A stretch of 63,578 bases of DNA, filler included, from Hyphochytrium catenoides (lineage: Eukaryota > Protista > Hyphochytriomycota), in assembly GCA_900088475.1 (NCBI GenBank). It is 9 parts of 9 records of this genome, joined end to end, with 100 filler letters (N's around TTAATTAATTAA, not from the genome) between each part and the next. Parts side by side here need not be neighbours in the genome. Positions count along the whole stretch, not along the records: positions 7,451 to 30,835 come from FLMG01000189.1; positions 30,936 to 35,374 come from FLMG01001094.1; positions 35,475 to 43,190 come from FLMG01004445.1; 6 more parts are not named here. One strand, 5' to 3'. The position numbers were made by a program, and so were the translations under genes. The notes under the pieces were generated by a model. The model was not told the origin of the DNA. It saw only the letters and a program-made list of their open reading frames with translations, and did no database searches. This document shows positions 26,027 through 38,300 of this stretch, piece by piece; position 1 is the stretch's first letter, and each line of letters opens with the position of its first letter.

Positions 26027-27637
26027 TCAGCAAAGCTCAAGGTAAATCGCGCGATGATCGCTGTAGAAAGAGACGACGTTGCGGAAGAAGTTCTCCCTTG
26101 TTGACTGCCGCGTCTCAATCTTCCTCCTTCTTTGCCATTCTAATGCCGGTGGACTCTCATCCTNNNNNNNNNNNNNNNNNNNNNNNNNNNNNNNNNNNNN
26201 NNNNNNNNNNNNNNNNCCAGCCGGAAGCTCCAGCACCTTGGCGCAGCAAACCTCGGCTGTCCTTGCTACCATGAAGTTATCATAGCAGTGGCTCTGCCCT
26301 CCAATGGCAGCAAGCATAGAACGGCCCAGATTAGTCACATGAACCTTCGGATCAAGGGCCAATAGATATCCCCTGTCGTGTCCTACCGCCGCATACATGC
26401 GGTCTTCGCCGTCAGCATTGGTAAGGTTGAAGTCACCGCACACAACGAAGTCTACGTTTAGCGGTGGTTCATGAGGTAGAAGGTCCCTAACGTAACCCAG
26501 CTCAACGGAAGGGTCAGGGTGGAGATGTACGCTCACAATCACCAACGGTTTCTTTCTCCCGTGCAGAGAGAATGTAGCATAGACTGGCATTCTGCAGAAC
26601 AAGGGTTTCACTTGTCCAGCGGCAGCGAATCTTCGCGAGGACGCTGACAGCTCACTTGCAGAAAAACCGCATCGAAGCGCCAGATCTTGGGGCAAGCAGA
26701 CTGCGAGGTTCTTTCTGACAAAGTTACTCTTGTCGTAGAGCGGAACCCCAATTGCACTGCTAGTAAGAGAAACTCGGGTGCAGTCAAAGATGAAACCAGT
26801 GCACTCTCCCTGCCTGTTGTTCTGCAGCCCTGAATCCTGGGCCACATAGCGCCTGCCACTGATAGAGCTCATCCTCTTGGCAAGGTGGGTAGTGGGAGAG
26901 TTCCGGCTCTTTACCTCTTGGACTACGAGGATGTCAGGCCAGTCTCCCCGGTAAGAGTCACAGAGATTTCGAATCCGCTCTTCAATGTTCTCGTTTTGAG
27001 ACGAAAAGTCCTTGATGTTATGACTGATAATCACCACAGGTGGCTCTTCACCTCCTTTGCCGGCACGCACTCTTTCGTTTGAGAGCGCGATAACGGGCGG
27101 GACAAATCTCTGGGGCTTGTTTCTCCGATCCTTCTTCTTAGGGGCCAGATTTCGGAAAAAGTCCTTGATGGCCGTGCCAAGCTTCCCCGACGACTGCTTT
27201 CGATCCCGTTGCTCTGCAGCACTAGTTGGTTGCCGCCCTATGGTAATTCCCACCACATCCTCCGGACGTCGAGTTTCCTGAGCCGGCAACCCATCGTAAG
27301 TTGGCAGCCTGTAGGGCGTAGTAGTGTGATGTTGGCCTGTGGTTGCGGAGGCGCTGCTTACAACAGCTGCTGGAGGGGGCCGTGACTGAGATGGAGGAGG
27401 AGCAGGAGGAGGATGTTGTGAGGGTCCTCCTCTTGTCGGCGTTCTCTTGGTGGTACGTTTGCTTAGCTCTTTCTTCCACTCTAGGATGGCGGCCACTATA
27501 TCCGCCTTTGAATGTCGAGGTCCAATCTGGATGCTCCGTTCCTGGCAGATCTGCCTAAGCGTACCATTGTCGAAAGCGCTAAGCTTTACTTGTGCATAAC
27601 CCTTAAGGTCATAGGGAAGGGATGACGGGTCTGTCAT
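26027..27637 (-). CDS. Intronless endonuclease/exonuclease/phosphatase (EEP, DNase I-like) protein with N-terminal SAP/HeH-like DNA-binding motif
   Basis: EEP motifs appear in order: SHNI, DILVVQEV, GE..GFIFD, RMPVYATF, VSVHL, VCGDFN, YDNF, YSDHRAI. The N-terminus LSAFDNGTLRQICQERSIQIGPRHSKADIVAAILEW fits the SAP/HeH pattern. The ORF contains an N gap near its C-terminus. Confidence 0.85.
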   Translation of the reverse strand: MTDPSSLPYDLKGYAQVKLSAFDNGTLRQICQERSIQIGPRHSKADIVAAILEWKKELSKRTTKRTPTRGGPSQHPPPAPPPSQSRPPPAAVVSSASATTGQHHTTTPYRLPTYDGLPAQETRRPEDVVGITIGRQPTSAAEQRDRKQSSGKLGTAIKDFFRNLAPKKKDRRNKPQRFVPPVIALSNERVRAGKGGEEPPVVIISHNIKDFSSQNENIEERIRNLCDSYRGDWPDILVVQEVKSRNSPTTHLAKRMSSISGRRYVAQDSGLQNNRQGECTGFIFDCTRVSLTSSAIGVPLYDKSNFVRKNLAVCLPQDLALRCGFSASELSASSRRFAAAGQVKPLFCRMPVYATFSLHGRKKPLVIVSVHLHPDPSVELGYVRDLLPHEPPLNVDFVVCGDFNLTNADGEDRMYAAVGHDRGYLLALDPKVHVTNLGRSMLAAIGGQSHCYDNFMVARTAEVCCAKVLELPAXXXXXXXXXXXXXXXXXXXDESPPALEWQRRRKIETRQSTRENFFRNVVSFYSDHRAIYLELC

Positions 27638-28818
27638 TGTAGGCAGGACAGTATGGTGACGGGCTATGAGGTTCTCAGGCAGTAGTAGAAAAGTGACAGA
27701 GTGACAAAACTAGGGATCAGGAGGCCGCCTGCCTGACTCGGCCCACCTTCCCTGGGAGTGGCCTGCTTATCCTCTTGTTCCAATAGCTTTCTTCACCACC
27801 CGAGCAGATAATAAATTCTGGGCGCAGCAGCCTGAAAGGAATGATGGCCCTTAGCCATCATCTCTGCCATATCCTCCCTTGTCCGTGCTCCTGCAGGACC
27901 AGCTCCTGCTGCTGCTGCTGTCGGGCGATGGCCGGCGCAGGCACCGACGTCAAAAGGACTGACCACTGTGAAGAACTGCCACTTCTGCTTGCACACCTAC
28001 CATCATAAAAAGGTGGAGATCGGGAATGAATGTGTGAGTTCAAGGGCGAAAGGGGATTGGTCTTTTTCTTTTGAGTTTACCCAGGTTTCCCATTGTGGGC
28101 ATTCTGAAACGCCCACAGGAAAACCAGAAAGAGAACTATTTGTAAGGATCACAAGGGACTTGGTGAAAGATATCTGCTTATCGGAGTTAACTTATGTAGC
28201 CATTGGTATATCCAAAATAAGGCTCTTCAAGCTGACTCCGAAGCATGATATATAGCTTATTATTTGTAATATATGAGTCCGAACTTTGGCTTTCAGCTAA
28301 TTTGGAGTGAAGGGGCTTTCTATGGTCCCAACCTCGGAGTTTCGCTTTGGTGCAATCCTGTTGGAGCCTTTTTATAGGACGGGACACTTCAGGTTGACTG
28401 TCTTTATAGTAGTAAGTTTGGGATGATGGATACCAGGAAAAGGGAGAAGTGCCAGGCACCACACACCTTACAACGCCAAAGCTCCTGGAGGATTGCTGAA
28501 CCAGGACGCTCAGAAGCTGTTGGCCAACAGACTGGGAAGTGGAGAAGCGAAGCTTTTCTTTCCTCATTCATGATCTTCCGCTTTTTGCCCCTGCGAACCA
28601 CTCAGATCCTTGCAGCTTTAGACAGCCCCTTATCCCTTACCATACAAGCTGGTAGGGTGCTTAGCGCGTGGTTCTCAGCTAGGACACATTAGCCAGGCCA
28701 GGATTTGCAAATTTTTATTGCGTGGAGCTGGCAAGAACACAGGTTGCCGCTTCATCGGGATCATTGTAATATTGTTATCTCTTGATAAGAACGGCATTCG
28801 TATCTTTAGTGCGGAGAG

Positions 28819-30158
28819 ATGAGCCACTCACACGATCACGACCACGATGGCCACGACCACGACCATGACCATGACCATGACGAGGAGCATGAGGAGGAGG
28901 TCACAGATCTTAGCAGTTCTGACGTCGTTACCCGGTATAAGATGGCTGCGGATATTGTCAACCTAGCGCTTCAGGGAGTTATTCAGCAGTGCACTCCTGG
29001 AAAGAAGATTTCTGACATCTGTGCCTTTGGTGACGCTGTTATTGAGCAGCGATGTGCTGCTGTCTTCAAGTCAAAGAAGATTGAAAAGGGTGTGGCTTTC
29101 CCGACCTGTATTTCTGTTAACGAGCAAGTCTGCCACAATTCACCTCTCTCTGGAGAATCTGGAGAGCTAAAAGATGGAGACTGGATCAAGGTGGACCTGG
29201 GCTGCCACGTGGATGGCTACATTGCTGTCGCAGCGCACACCTTTGTTATCCAGGATCCAGAGGCTGAGATCACTGGAAAGGCTGCTGACGTACTCCTTGC
29301 CACTTACTATGCTACGGAAGTTTGCAAGAAGCTTATTAAGCCTGGCAACACGAACACAATGGTTACAAAGGCCCTTGACAAGATTGCTGAGTCATTCGGT
29401 GTCAATCACGTTTCAGGCACCTTGATGCACCAGATGAAAAGGTAATAGTTGCCAAACTCCTCTTGCCTTTGCACGCATATCAGTTCTACTTTGCTCTGAC
29501 TTCGATCTTTACTAATCGATTTTATTTCGTAGATTTGTTATTGACGGCAATAAGGTCATTGTTCAGAAGGACGAGGTGGAGCAGCGTGTTGAGGAGGTCA
29601 CATTTGAACCTAACGAAGTCTACGCCATTGATGTATGCTTCTCCAGTGGCGAGGGCAAGGTAAGTTTGAAAGCTCTTGGTCCTGCTTTAATGTATCGCTT
29701 ATTCTGTCCATCTACAGCCTAAAGAAGGTGCCTCCAGAACAACTGTTTTCAAGAGGGCAGTAGACAGAAACTATCGGTTGAAGATGAAGGCTTCCCGCTA
29801 CGTCCTTACTGAAGTCAACAACCGCTTCCCCACTATGCCCTTCTCCATCCGCGCCCTCGGCGATGAGAAGCAAGCAAGAATGGGTGTCGTTGAATGTGTC
29901 AACCACGAACTCCTTTATCCTTACCCAATTCTCTTTGAGAAGCCTGGCGACATTGTGGCTCACCTGAAGACCACAGCGCTCCTCCTTCCTTCAGGAACAT
30001 CCACTGTTACCGGCGTCCCTCTGCCACTAGACAAGATCAAATCAGACAAGACTGTCGATGAGGAGACCGCAGCTATCCTAGCCACATCATCCAAGAACAA
30101 GAAAAAGAAGAAGAAGAAGGCATCTAAGAAGAAGGAGGGCGAGGAAGCTGAGGAGTGA
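28819..30158 (+). CDS. PA2G4: Proliferation-associated protein 2G4 / EBP1 (M24-fold, non-peptidase), 3 exons: 28819-29441, 29533-29659, 29718-30158
   Basis: DVVTRYKMAADI, KGVAFPTCISVN, VDLGCHVDGYIAVAAHT, HQMKRFVIDGNK, LKMKASR, FPTMPFSIRAL, ELLYPYPILFEK and a C-terminal poly-Lys tract. Introns are GT-AG and in frame. Confidence 0.95.
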
Positions 30159-31553
30159 TCAGCTTAGTCTTTAGTTATCTAGGACCTTTTAAGTGTTAAG
30201 AATGAAGTAGTAAGGGTAAATTATCTCCTATCAGAGTTGAGGCAAAGTTCGGGCGCTGTTTTCTGAATTCAGCGAAGTTCAGCCCCCGTTCATATATTGT
30301 CAAGGATTGGCATCCGAGCGTGCTCTGCCAGGTCTAGGTACTATCCCGCGTCCTTAGCCACAGTGACCAGCAATTGAAGCTTAAACATGAATCCAGTTAG
30401 TGACGTCAAAAGGACAGGCAGCGCACCCTATAGCTATATGTGTGGAGCATGTTGAGCACCCTAGCCCATTTCTCCTGTCGTTCGGACCCTTATCGAGGAA
30501 ACCCCGCATGCGAGCGTAGCGGTCATGTGGCAGACAGACGATGTCAAGTAGAAAGATCCCAACAAGGCAAGGCTTGTGGTTGAAATCTAAACCTCAAATG
30601 CAGAGCTCAAGGTCTAACATCGATTAGTGAGGCTGAGGTCATCGACTAGCTCATCTGAGCCCAATAACACGCCCTTGCATTCTTGCTTCAGTGCGGAATA
30701 GATATCCACTGCCTGGCTGCATTTACTCCTTTCCACATTGACAAAGGTAGCCACTCGCTCAGCCTCTCTGCTATCCGGGTACTCCCTATATCCCTACTGT
30801 AACAAAAGTTGCGTCACTTAAGTGATGCAACTTTTNNNNNNNNNNNNNNNNNNNNNNNNNNNNNNNNNNNNNNNNNNNNTTAATTAATTAANNNNNNNNN
30901 NNNNNNNNNNNNNNNNNNNNNNNNNNNNNNNNNNNAGAGAGAGAGAGAGGACGACGTAAGGAGAGCACGATACAAGGAGAAAAGGGTTGAACGGAAGGAA
31001 AAACTAGGGCACAAAATGGCAAAATGATAGAGAGAGAGAGAAGCGGGCGTGTGGAAGAAAGACAGAGGGGAGAAAGAGAGAGGATAGGGAGAGAGATTGA
31101 AAAAGAGACTGAAGAGAGAGAGAAGCGCAGAATAGAGAAAAGGAGACGATACAGAGACACGTAAGCCAGGGCACAAAGAGAGAGGAGCAACGAGGAAGGG
31201 AAGGGAGCAGAGCCAGTCTCGTGTCTGCGGAAGGCGGCCAATGGTTACAAGAACAGAAAGAGAGAACGGTAGACAGAGAGAGAGGAACAGAGTAACTATC
31301 CAGCGGAGAGTAAATACAGCGAGAAAGTATGGCATAAAAAGACAAACAGGGGAGAGAAGAGTCTAGGCGTAGGGTAGAGAGCGAGAGAGGAGCGAAGGAG
31401 CGAATGCAAAAAAGTAGACGAGTATGAGAAAGAGAAAAGGAAGATTCTAGCGGCAACAGAGACGAGAGTCACAGAAGTAAAGAAGGGAAGAGTGAAGGGC
31501 TGAGACAGAATGTAAGTCGAACCTGAAGGAATAGTGGACAGGAGAGTAGAAAC

Positions 31554-31593
<40 letters not shown>

Positions 31594-31623
31594 NNNNNNN
31601 NNNNNNNNNNNNNNNNNNNNNNN

Positions 31624-31957
31624 TCAGTCAGCTCGCCATAGGCAGGGGAGCGACTGTCTCCCCAGCGGCCGTTAGGATACTCGTCCCAATCTGCCGTGCG
31701 GGCGACGTAGCTCGTCTTTCGGAGAGAGACGCAGAGAGAAAGAGAGAGAGAGTTTTTAGGTTCAGAGACGGAAGGATAGGAGTAAGCAGAGGCCATAGGG
31801 AAAGCGAGATGGGGAGGGAGAGAGAGAACGGAGAGGGGAGACGGATAACAAGGAAGACGGAAAGGAACGGAGATAGAAGGCAAATGCGAACAAAGAAAGC
31901 ATGCGGAGAAGGAAATGCGCGAGCGCGCAGAGAGAGAGAGAGAGTGAGTGAGAAAGA

Positions 31958-32012
<55 letters not shown>

Positions 32013-32788
32013 AGAGAGTCCGAGAGAAAGGAACACCAGCCCTTACCTGTCTGTATGCCCAGAAGATGGGTCTGATCTCTTCTGCTCTGCTATTAGCTCC
32101 AGACTTTCTCCCTCCTCCTGCACTAGATGTAGACTGCCAAGGCAGTTCTCTCTCGTATGGCTTCGGCACCTTGTTGAGACCCTGAAGAATTCTATAAAAA
32201 GCAAGAGCAGGAGAGATCAAGGGGAAAGAGAGACAGAACGAGACGGAAAAGAGAGAGAGACAGAGAGAGAGAAGGGGGAACCAAGAGAGAGAAGAACGAT
32301 TGAGCGCAAGCGGAGCAGGTTATCGCAGCCACAGGAGTCGAAGAGGAAAGGAACAGAAGAAGAGGTTCAGTACCGAAAAGACATAAGGAGATATATTGGA
32401 GACGAAAGAAACTAGCCAGCCACCCTACTCTTATATTAGACAATTGGCCCTCGAGAAGCAAACAAAGGGCTACGAAGAGAAGAGAAAGGCAGACAAGGTG
32501 GCAAAGAGAGAAAGAGAGAGAGAGAGGGGGGGAGAGAGAGAAAAGAACAGAGAGAGAGAGAGAGAGAGAGAGAGAAGACAGAGAGACACAGAAACATGAG
32601 AGATCTACCTCGTGACTGCATGTGCAAGGTTCATGGTATAGAAATGCAAGTATCTGACTCCATTGTCCATCAGTTTCTGCCATGTCTCTATTCCGAGCTG
32701 TACCCCGTACTCCCGCACCGCTGCATCGTCATTGCAGATCAATGACAGATCTTTCTCCACCTAAAAAGAGAGAGAGAGAGAGAGAGAC

Positions 32789-32836
<48 letters not shown>

Positions 32837-34331
32837 CGAAGGAGATATGAGAGCCACAGAGCGACAGAGAGGTAAATAGGATGGAGAGAGAGAGAGAGGA
32901 AGAAAAAGATTGATGAGAAAGGAGGAAGATGGAAGTAGCGGTAGTGGTAGAACATGGAGACAGACAGTGCAGAGAGATATACCCCTAAATCCTTTCTCAG
33001 AATCCAAGAGATATTCATCCACACTGCTCGAAGAGAGAGAGAAAGAGAGAGAGCGAGAGAGGAGACGGGATAGGGACAAGGTAGTCACGGAAGAGAAAGG
33101 AAGAGAAGAGAGAGAGAGACACGGACGAAAGGAAAGACGACAACGTGAATGTGGAAGGGAGAGAGAAAGAGGGACGCTGAGGAGAGGTCTCTCTCCCCTC
33201 ACCTTGGCAGGAACCTTCGTCTTGCACCAGGAAGTAAACTTTTTGAAGGACTGATAATTCTGAATGGGGAGATAACCTGGTAGAATGGGGATGGTGATGC
33301 CTAAAGGAGGAAGAAGCCGCGGTTGTGGTCAAGAATGGGGTGGAAAAAGAGAGAGAGAGAGAAGAAAGGAGAAAGAAATGAAAGAGAAAGAACAACCAGA
33401 GCGTTGGTGACAGGTGTGGCTCAAGGCACGTGAGAAGAGAGAAGGGACACGGACTCCAAGGAAGAATTGATTGGAGGTCGAGCCTCAGGAACGACTAGAC
33501 AAAGACATAGGAAGCGAAAAAAGAAAAGAAGAGAGAGGGCAAAAAAGAATTGTAGAGAGCTAGAGACAAATAGGCGAAGATAGCATAGACATCATAGAGC
33601 GTCTGAGAACTAGAGAGAGAGAGAGAGAGAGAAAAGTGTAAGAGAGAACTAGACAAAGGCGCCAGGAATACAGAGCCTGCCAGCAGAGTGAGAGAGATAA
33701 ACACACAAAAAGAGAAAGAAAGAGAGAGAGGAAGAGCAAGAAAAAGAGGCAGAGGAGACTAAGAGAAAAAAGAGGCGGAGGACTTACCTATGGCTCTGCA
33801 CTTCTTGATCCACTCGAGGAGGTTGTCAGCATCGAAGAATAGCTGGGTGATGATGAAGTCTGCGCCGGCATCTTGCTTCGCCTTCAGGCGCTGCAGATCT
33901 AACATAATGGCCTGGTTTGGACGTTTGCAAATGTGAGCAGAGAATCGGCAAACTGGTCTCTCTCTCTTTCTCTCCGCCTCTCTGTCTCTCTCTCTTTGCT
34001 TTTATTTCCTCTGGACCGCTGTTCCCTCTTCGGAAGACGCAATCATAACTATCTCTTTCCAGTTTTGCCTGTCCTAATCTTCTCTTCCACGCATCGACAG
34101 CTGCTAGAAGAGGTGCTTTCTTCAATCTTTAACATTCTTCTTCTCTTACTTCCTCTTTTGCTATCCTTTCCTCTTCTCTCTTTCTTCTCTCATCTTGTTC
34201 CTCTTGATCTCTTTTCTCTCTCTCATGTTTCCCTATCCCAAGCATCCGTAATCTCCCAGCTATTGTTTCTATGATCCAACGCTTGCCCCCAACTAGCACC
34301 CGACGCTGTCAAGAAGCTGTCCCACCTACTT

Positions 34332-34362
<31 letters not shown>

Positions 34363-34512
34363 NNNNNNNNNNNNNNNNNNNNNNNNNNNNNNNTTCCGGA
34401 ATCCTCCGTCTATGGGCTTCCACCTGCTCTCACCTATAGGAGGATCACCTCTGAGGGCAAGGATATTTCGAATACCGGCCTCTCGACAGTTCCGTAGGAT
34501 CCGTTTCAGGTC
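31624..34512 (-). CDS. MTHFR: Methylenetetrahydrofolate reductase, eukaryotic type; internal exons only (scaffold fragment)
   Basis: Exons encode [13 protein letters not shown] (34512-34394), [19 protein letters not shown] (~33905-33788), [51 protein letters not shown] and [24 protein letters not shown] (start of the regulatory domain). Confidence 0.93.
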
Positions 34513-34533
34513 CTGGAAGACAGAGAGACAGAA

Positions 34534-34571
<38 letters not shown>

Positions 34572-34727
34572 AAAGAGAGAGGAGGGAAGAAAGAGGGAAG
34601 AGGAATGAGACGGATCGAGCAAGGAAAGAACAGAAAGAGATAGCCCGGAGAGAGACAGAGAGAGTGTAAGTTAGAGAGCAACGGAAGTAGAGAGACAAAA
34701 GTGTGAAAAGTGAAGGCGAGGGAGAAG

Positions 34728-34769
<42 letters not shown>

Positions 34770-35342
34770 AAGAGAGGGGGAGAGAGAGANNNNNNNNNNN
34801 NNNNNNNNNNNNNNNNNNNNNNNNNNNNNNNNNNNNNNNNNGAGAGAGAGAGAGAGAGAGAGAGAGAATAGGGAGAGGAACATAAGCCGTGGAAAGAGAC
34901 AGAGAGAGACAGAGAGAGAGAGGGAGAGAGAGAATAGGGAGAGGACCATAAGCCGTGAGCAGGCGCCAGACAGCAAAAAGAGGGAAAAAGAGAAAGAGAG
35001 AGGGAGACAGAGAGGAAGAGAGTGTGAGAGAGAGAGGAGAGAGAGGGGAGAGAGAGAGAGGGAAAAAGAGATAGAGGAAGAAAGAGTGAGGCATTCAGCA
35101 GACAATTAAGCGGTAAGCGAGAGGGGAGAAGGAAGCACGATGTGTAGGAGGGAGGGGAAAGTGTAAGAAAGAAAGAGCTAAAGAGAAATAGAAAGGCGGG
35201 AAAAGAGAGAGACAGAGAGAAAAGCAGAAAGAGAGGGAGGAGAGAGACAGAGCACGAAGGGAGCAGACGGGCGAATGAAAGAGCAAAACAGTCAAAAGAA
35301 GGGAGAGAGGACTATCGAGAGAAAGAGAGGGGAAGAGAGAAG

Positions 35343-35374
<32 letters not shown>

Positions 35375-38300
35375 NNNNNNNNNNNNNNNNNNNNNNNNNN
35401 NNNNNNNNNNNNNNNNNNTTAATTAATTAANNNNNNNNNNNNNNNNNNNNNNNNNNNNNNNNNNNNNNNNNNNNGAAGTAAAAGGCAAGAAAAGGTCTCT
35501 CTGCTCTTTCTCTGACTGCCGGCTGAAGATGATGCGGTCTTCTTTGTAAGAGGTGCCATCGAATGAAGAAACGAGCCAAAAAAACTCTCTGTTGTTTGTT
35601 TTTCTATGAAGGGAAAAGTCCAAACTGTCCTGTGAGTACTTGTAGGAGGGGAAAGCGGTTCCCTGCTTTCTCTTCGTTTCTTCCCGTCGATCCTTCTTTC
35701 TGCTTGTTAATCGCGGCTACTGCTTGTGCTTTCCTCTTGATGATGAGTAATAAGAGCACAGATGATAGAAGAGAGCGACTACAGCTGTAGCAAAAAGTGA
35801 CTTCGTCGTGTTCTTTGTCGATGGAAGAAAGAGAGAAAGGGAGAGAGAAGAAGTAGGAAAGAGCAAAGCCCACGCCTGCTATTTCTTATTACTTTATCTT
35901 GAGCAACAGAGGAGAGAAAAGAAGAGAAACAGGAGAAAACATGGCTGGTGGCCGTGAGTTGGCCGAAGTAGGCCTCCAAGCTCTAGAGATGAGAAGAGAT
36001 GTTTATAATAAGATGATGATAAGCAAGGGCAACAGCTGCTGCCGGCCGCTCCTGGCGCCGAAGAAGAAGAAGATCAGCGGCCCACGATAATGGGGAGATG
36101 AAGAGTCCTCCACTACTACTATGAGTCAATCATCAGGGAGAAGAAGAGAGGATGCACGACAGAGAAAGACCGTCTGTGGGAAGTGGAAGAGAGGTGAACA
36201 ACTATAGGTCGAAGGTTCTGCAATTGAAGAAAGGTCTTCGCCTCGTATATTAAGTGACTATCCATGAGGAGGACGGTGGTGTCAAGAGAGAGAAGAGAAG
36301 ACGTGATAAGTGGGGCGAGAGAGGGAGAGGAGAGAACCAAGAATTGAAGAAGAAAAGTAGCCCAGTGAGCGACTCCGTTTCGCTTCTTCACATAAGGAGG
36401 AGGAAAAGGAAGAAGAGAACGACGGAGCCTTACCTATTCTGATGATGGATAGCAAACAACTAGTCGACGACACCGCTAATGAAGATGATGGCTAGCGGAA
36501 GAGGTAGGAGGACGGACGATGTAAGAAGAAGAGACTCGGATTTATTGATACTCTTCTAGGGCAATGTCTCTTCCTTAGAGTAGAGGAAGAAAGGAGGAGG
36601 AGAACACGAGGAAACAACGGAGGGAGAGGAAGAAGTGCGATGGAGAGACAGAAGGAAACGCACGTTCTCTTTAAAAGTTCCATCATCCCCGCCATGACGG
36701 GGCATGCATCTTCACAACGTCAACAGGAGAATAATGATGAAGGAACTCTCCCAAGAGGACGATTCAGCGATACTGATGAGAAGAAGAAGTGCAAAGGTCT
36801 CCAGGAAAAGGAAAACTCAACGCTGGAGATTGGGACCTTGTTTGGCTGTAGAGACCAGAACAGTGATGACGGAAGGAAGAGAGAAGAGGCTCTCCTTCCT
36901 CTTACTTTTTCCTCTCCTCTGCTCGTTAGCGATAAGGTAATCTTACTTTCTGCTGCTCTCCTCCTCCCACTGTGCATCCCATTTTCTGCTTCTTCACGCT
37001 CTCCGCTGCGTCTATTTGACTCTTTGTTCTTCCTTAAAATTGCTGCAACCCCGTTCTTTCTGCTCTCACCTCGCACCCTGCCTGTCTCTCTCTTTATTTA
37101 CTCTCCTCATCACCTCGCTCACATACTTTCCTCTTCTCTCCAAATTTCTCTCTCTCTCTCTCTCCCTTCCCTCTTTTTCTCTCCCCTCTCTCTCTGTTCT
37201 TCTGCGTCTCATCTTTTTCTCTCCCCGGTCCTGCTCCCTCTCTCTTCACTCTTTTGACTGCCTCCCGATTTTCGTTGTCTTTCGCTCGCCTCTCCTCCTC
37301 TTCTTTAGACCTCTACTTCCGTTGCCTTTGAAAGTCTGGGAGTGTCTGCTTCTGGTACACGCGCAGGTCTTTACTTCTTTCTCCATCTCTTTCATCTCTT
37401 CCTTCACTATGCACTGGATCTTCACAATAGGAAGATATGGAAGAAGAAATGAGGCTCATCAGCTGCAGCAGCAGATAGATGGGCTAAGACAAATGTGATA
37501 AGGAGATAATAATGAGAGGCCCTGGACCAATCCTTCTCCTCTGTTATTGACTATCTGCGTCGTGATATGTCTCTCTCTCTATATCATATCTTCGCCTCAA
37601 CGCTAGGAGGGTTGACTCTCCCCTCTTTTGCCCGTTTTAATAGAAGGTCACTCTCCCTTCTCCTCCTCTCTCTTCTTCTGCTCCGTGCTGATGATATAGC
37701 GAGCTCGCAATGTTATAGCTCTGCTTGTGGCTTGCTGCTTTGCTGCTGTTGCTGCATGCTGACCATGCAGCAAGCTCCATCGATGTTCGCTAAGTTTGCC
37801 TGCTAATAATCTACCTACTTTCTACTGCCTAGGAAGTAACGCGGCGTAACACGGCGGTGGCTTGCTGCTGTTGCTGCTGGTGCATGCTAACCATTGCGGC
37901 AAGCTCCATCGATGCTCGCTGGGTAAGCCTGCTGCAGTCTGCTATAATCATCTACCTATCTTCCCTATTGTTGTCTAGCTAGGAGGAACTAGCGCAGTAG
38001 TGGTGCTGCTGGTCCTGCTGCGCGGCGCACGTCTGCAATCTGAGAACTTGTTCAACAAATCATCTGCAAAGATCTCCCCCAGTACTTGATATTGTCGCCT
38101 TTATTTTTCGGCTAGACAGAGGCAGGCTAATGAAACTAATATATAAGGCACACTAATCATAGAGAGGTTCATTGAAAATAGCTAAAGGTCTATTATTGTC
38201 GCATACTGCTCCACAGAAATAGACTGGATTATGTATGATGGGTCAGTAGTCCTGGGGAAGCTCTGAAAGTGGTTGCTGGGACGTTACAGCAGTCGCCTTC

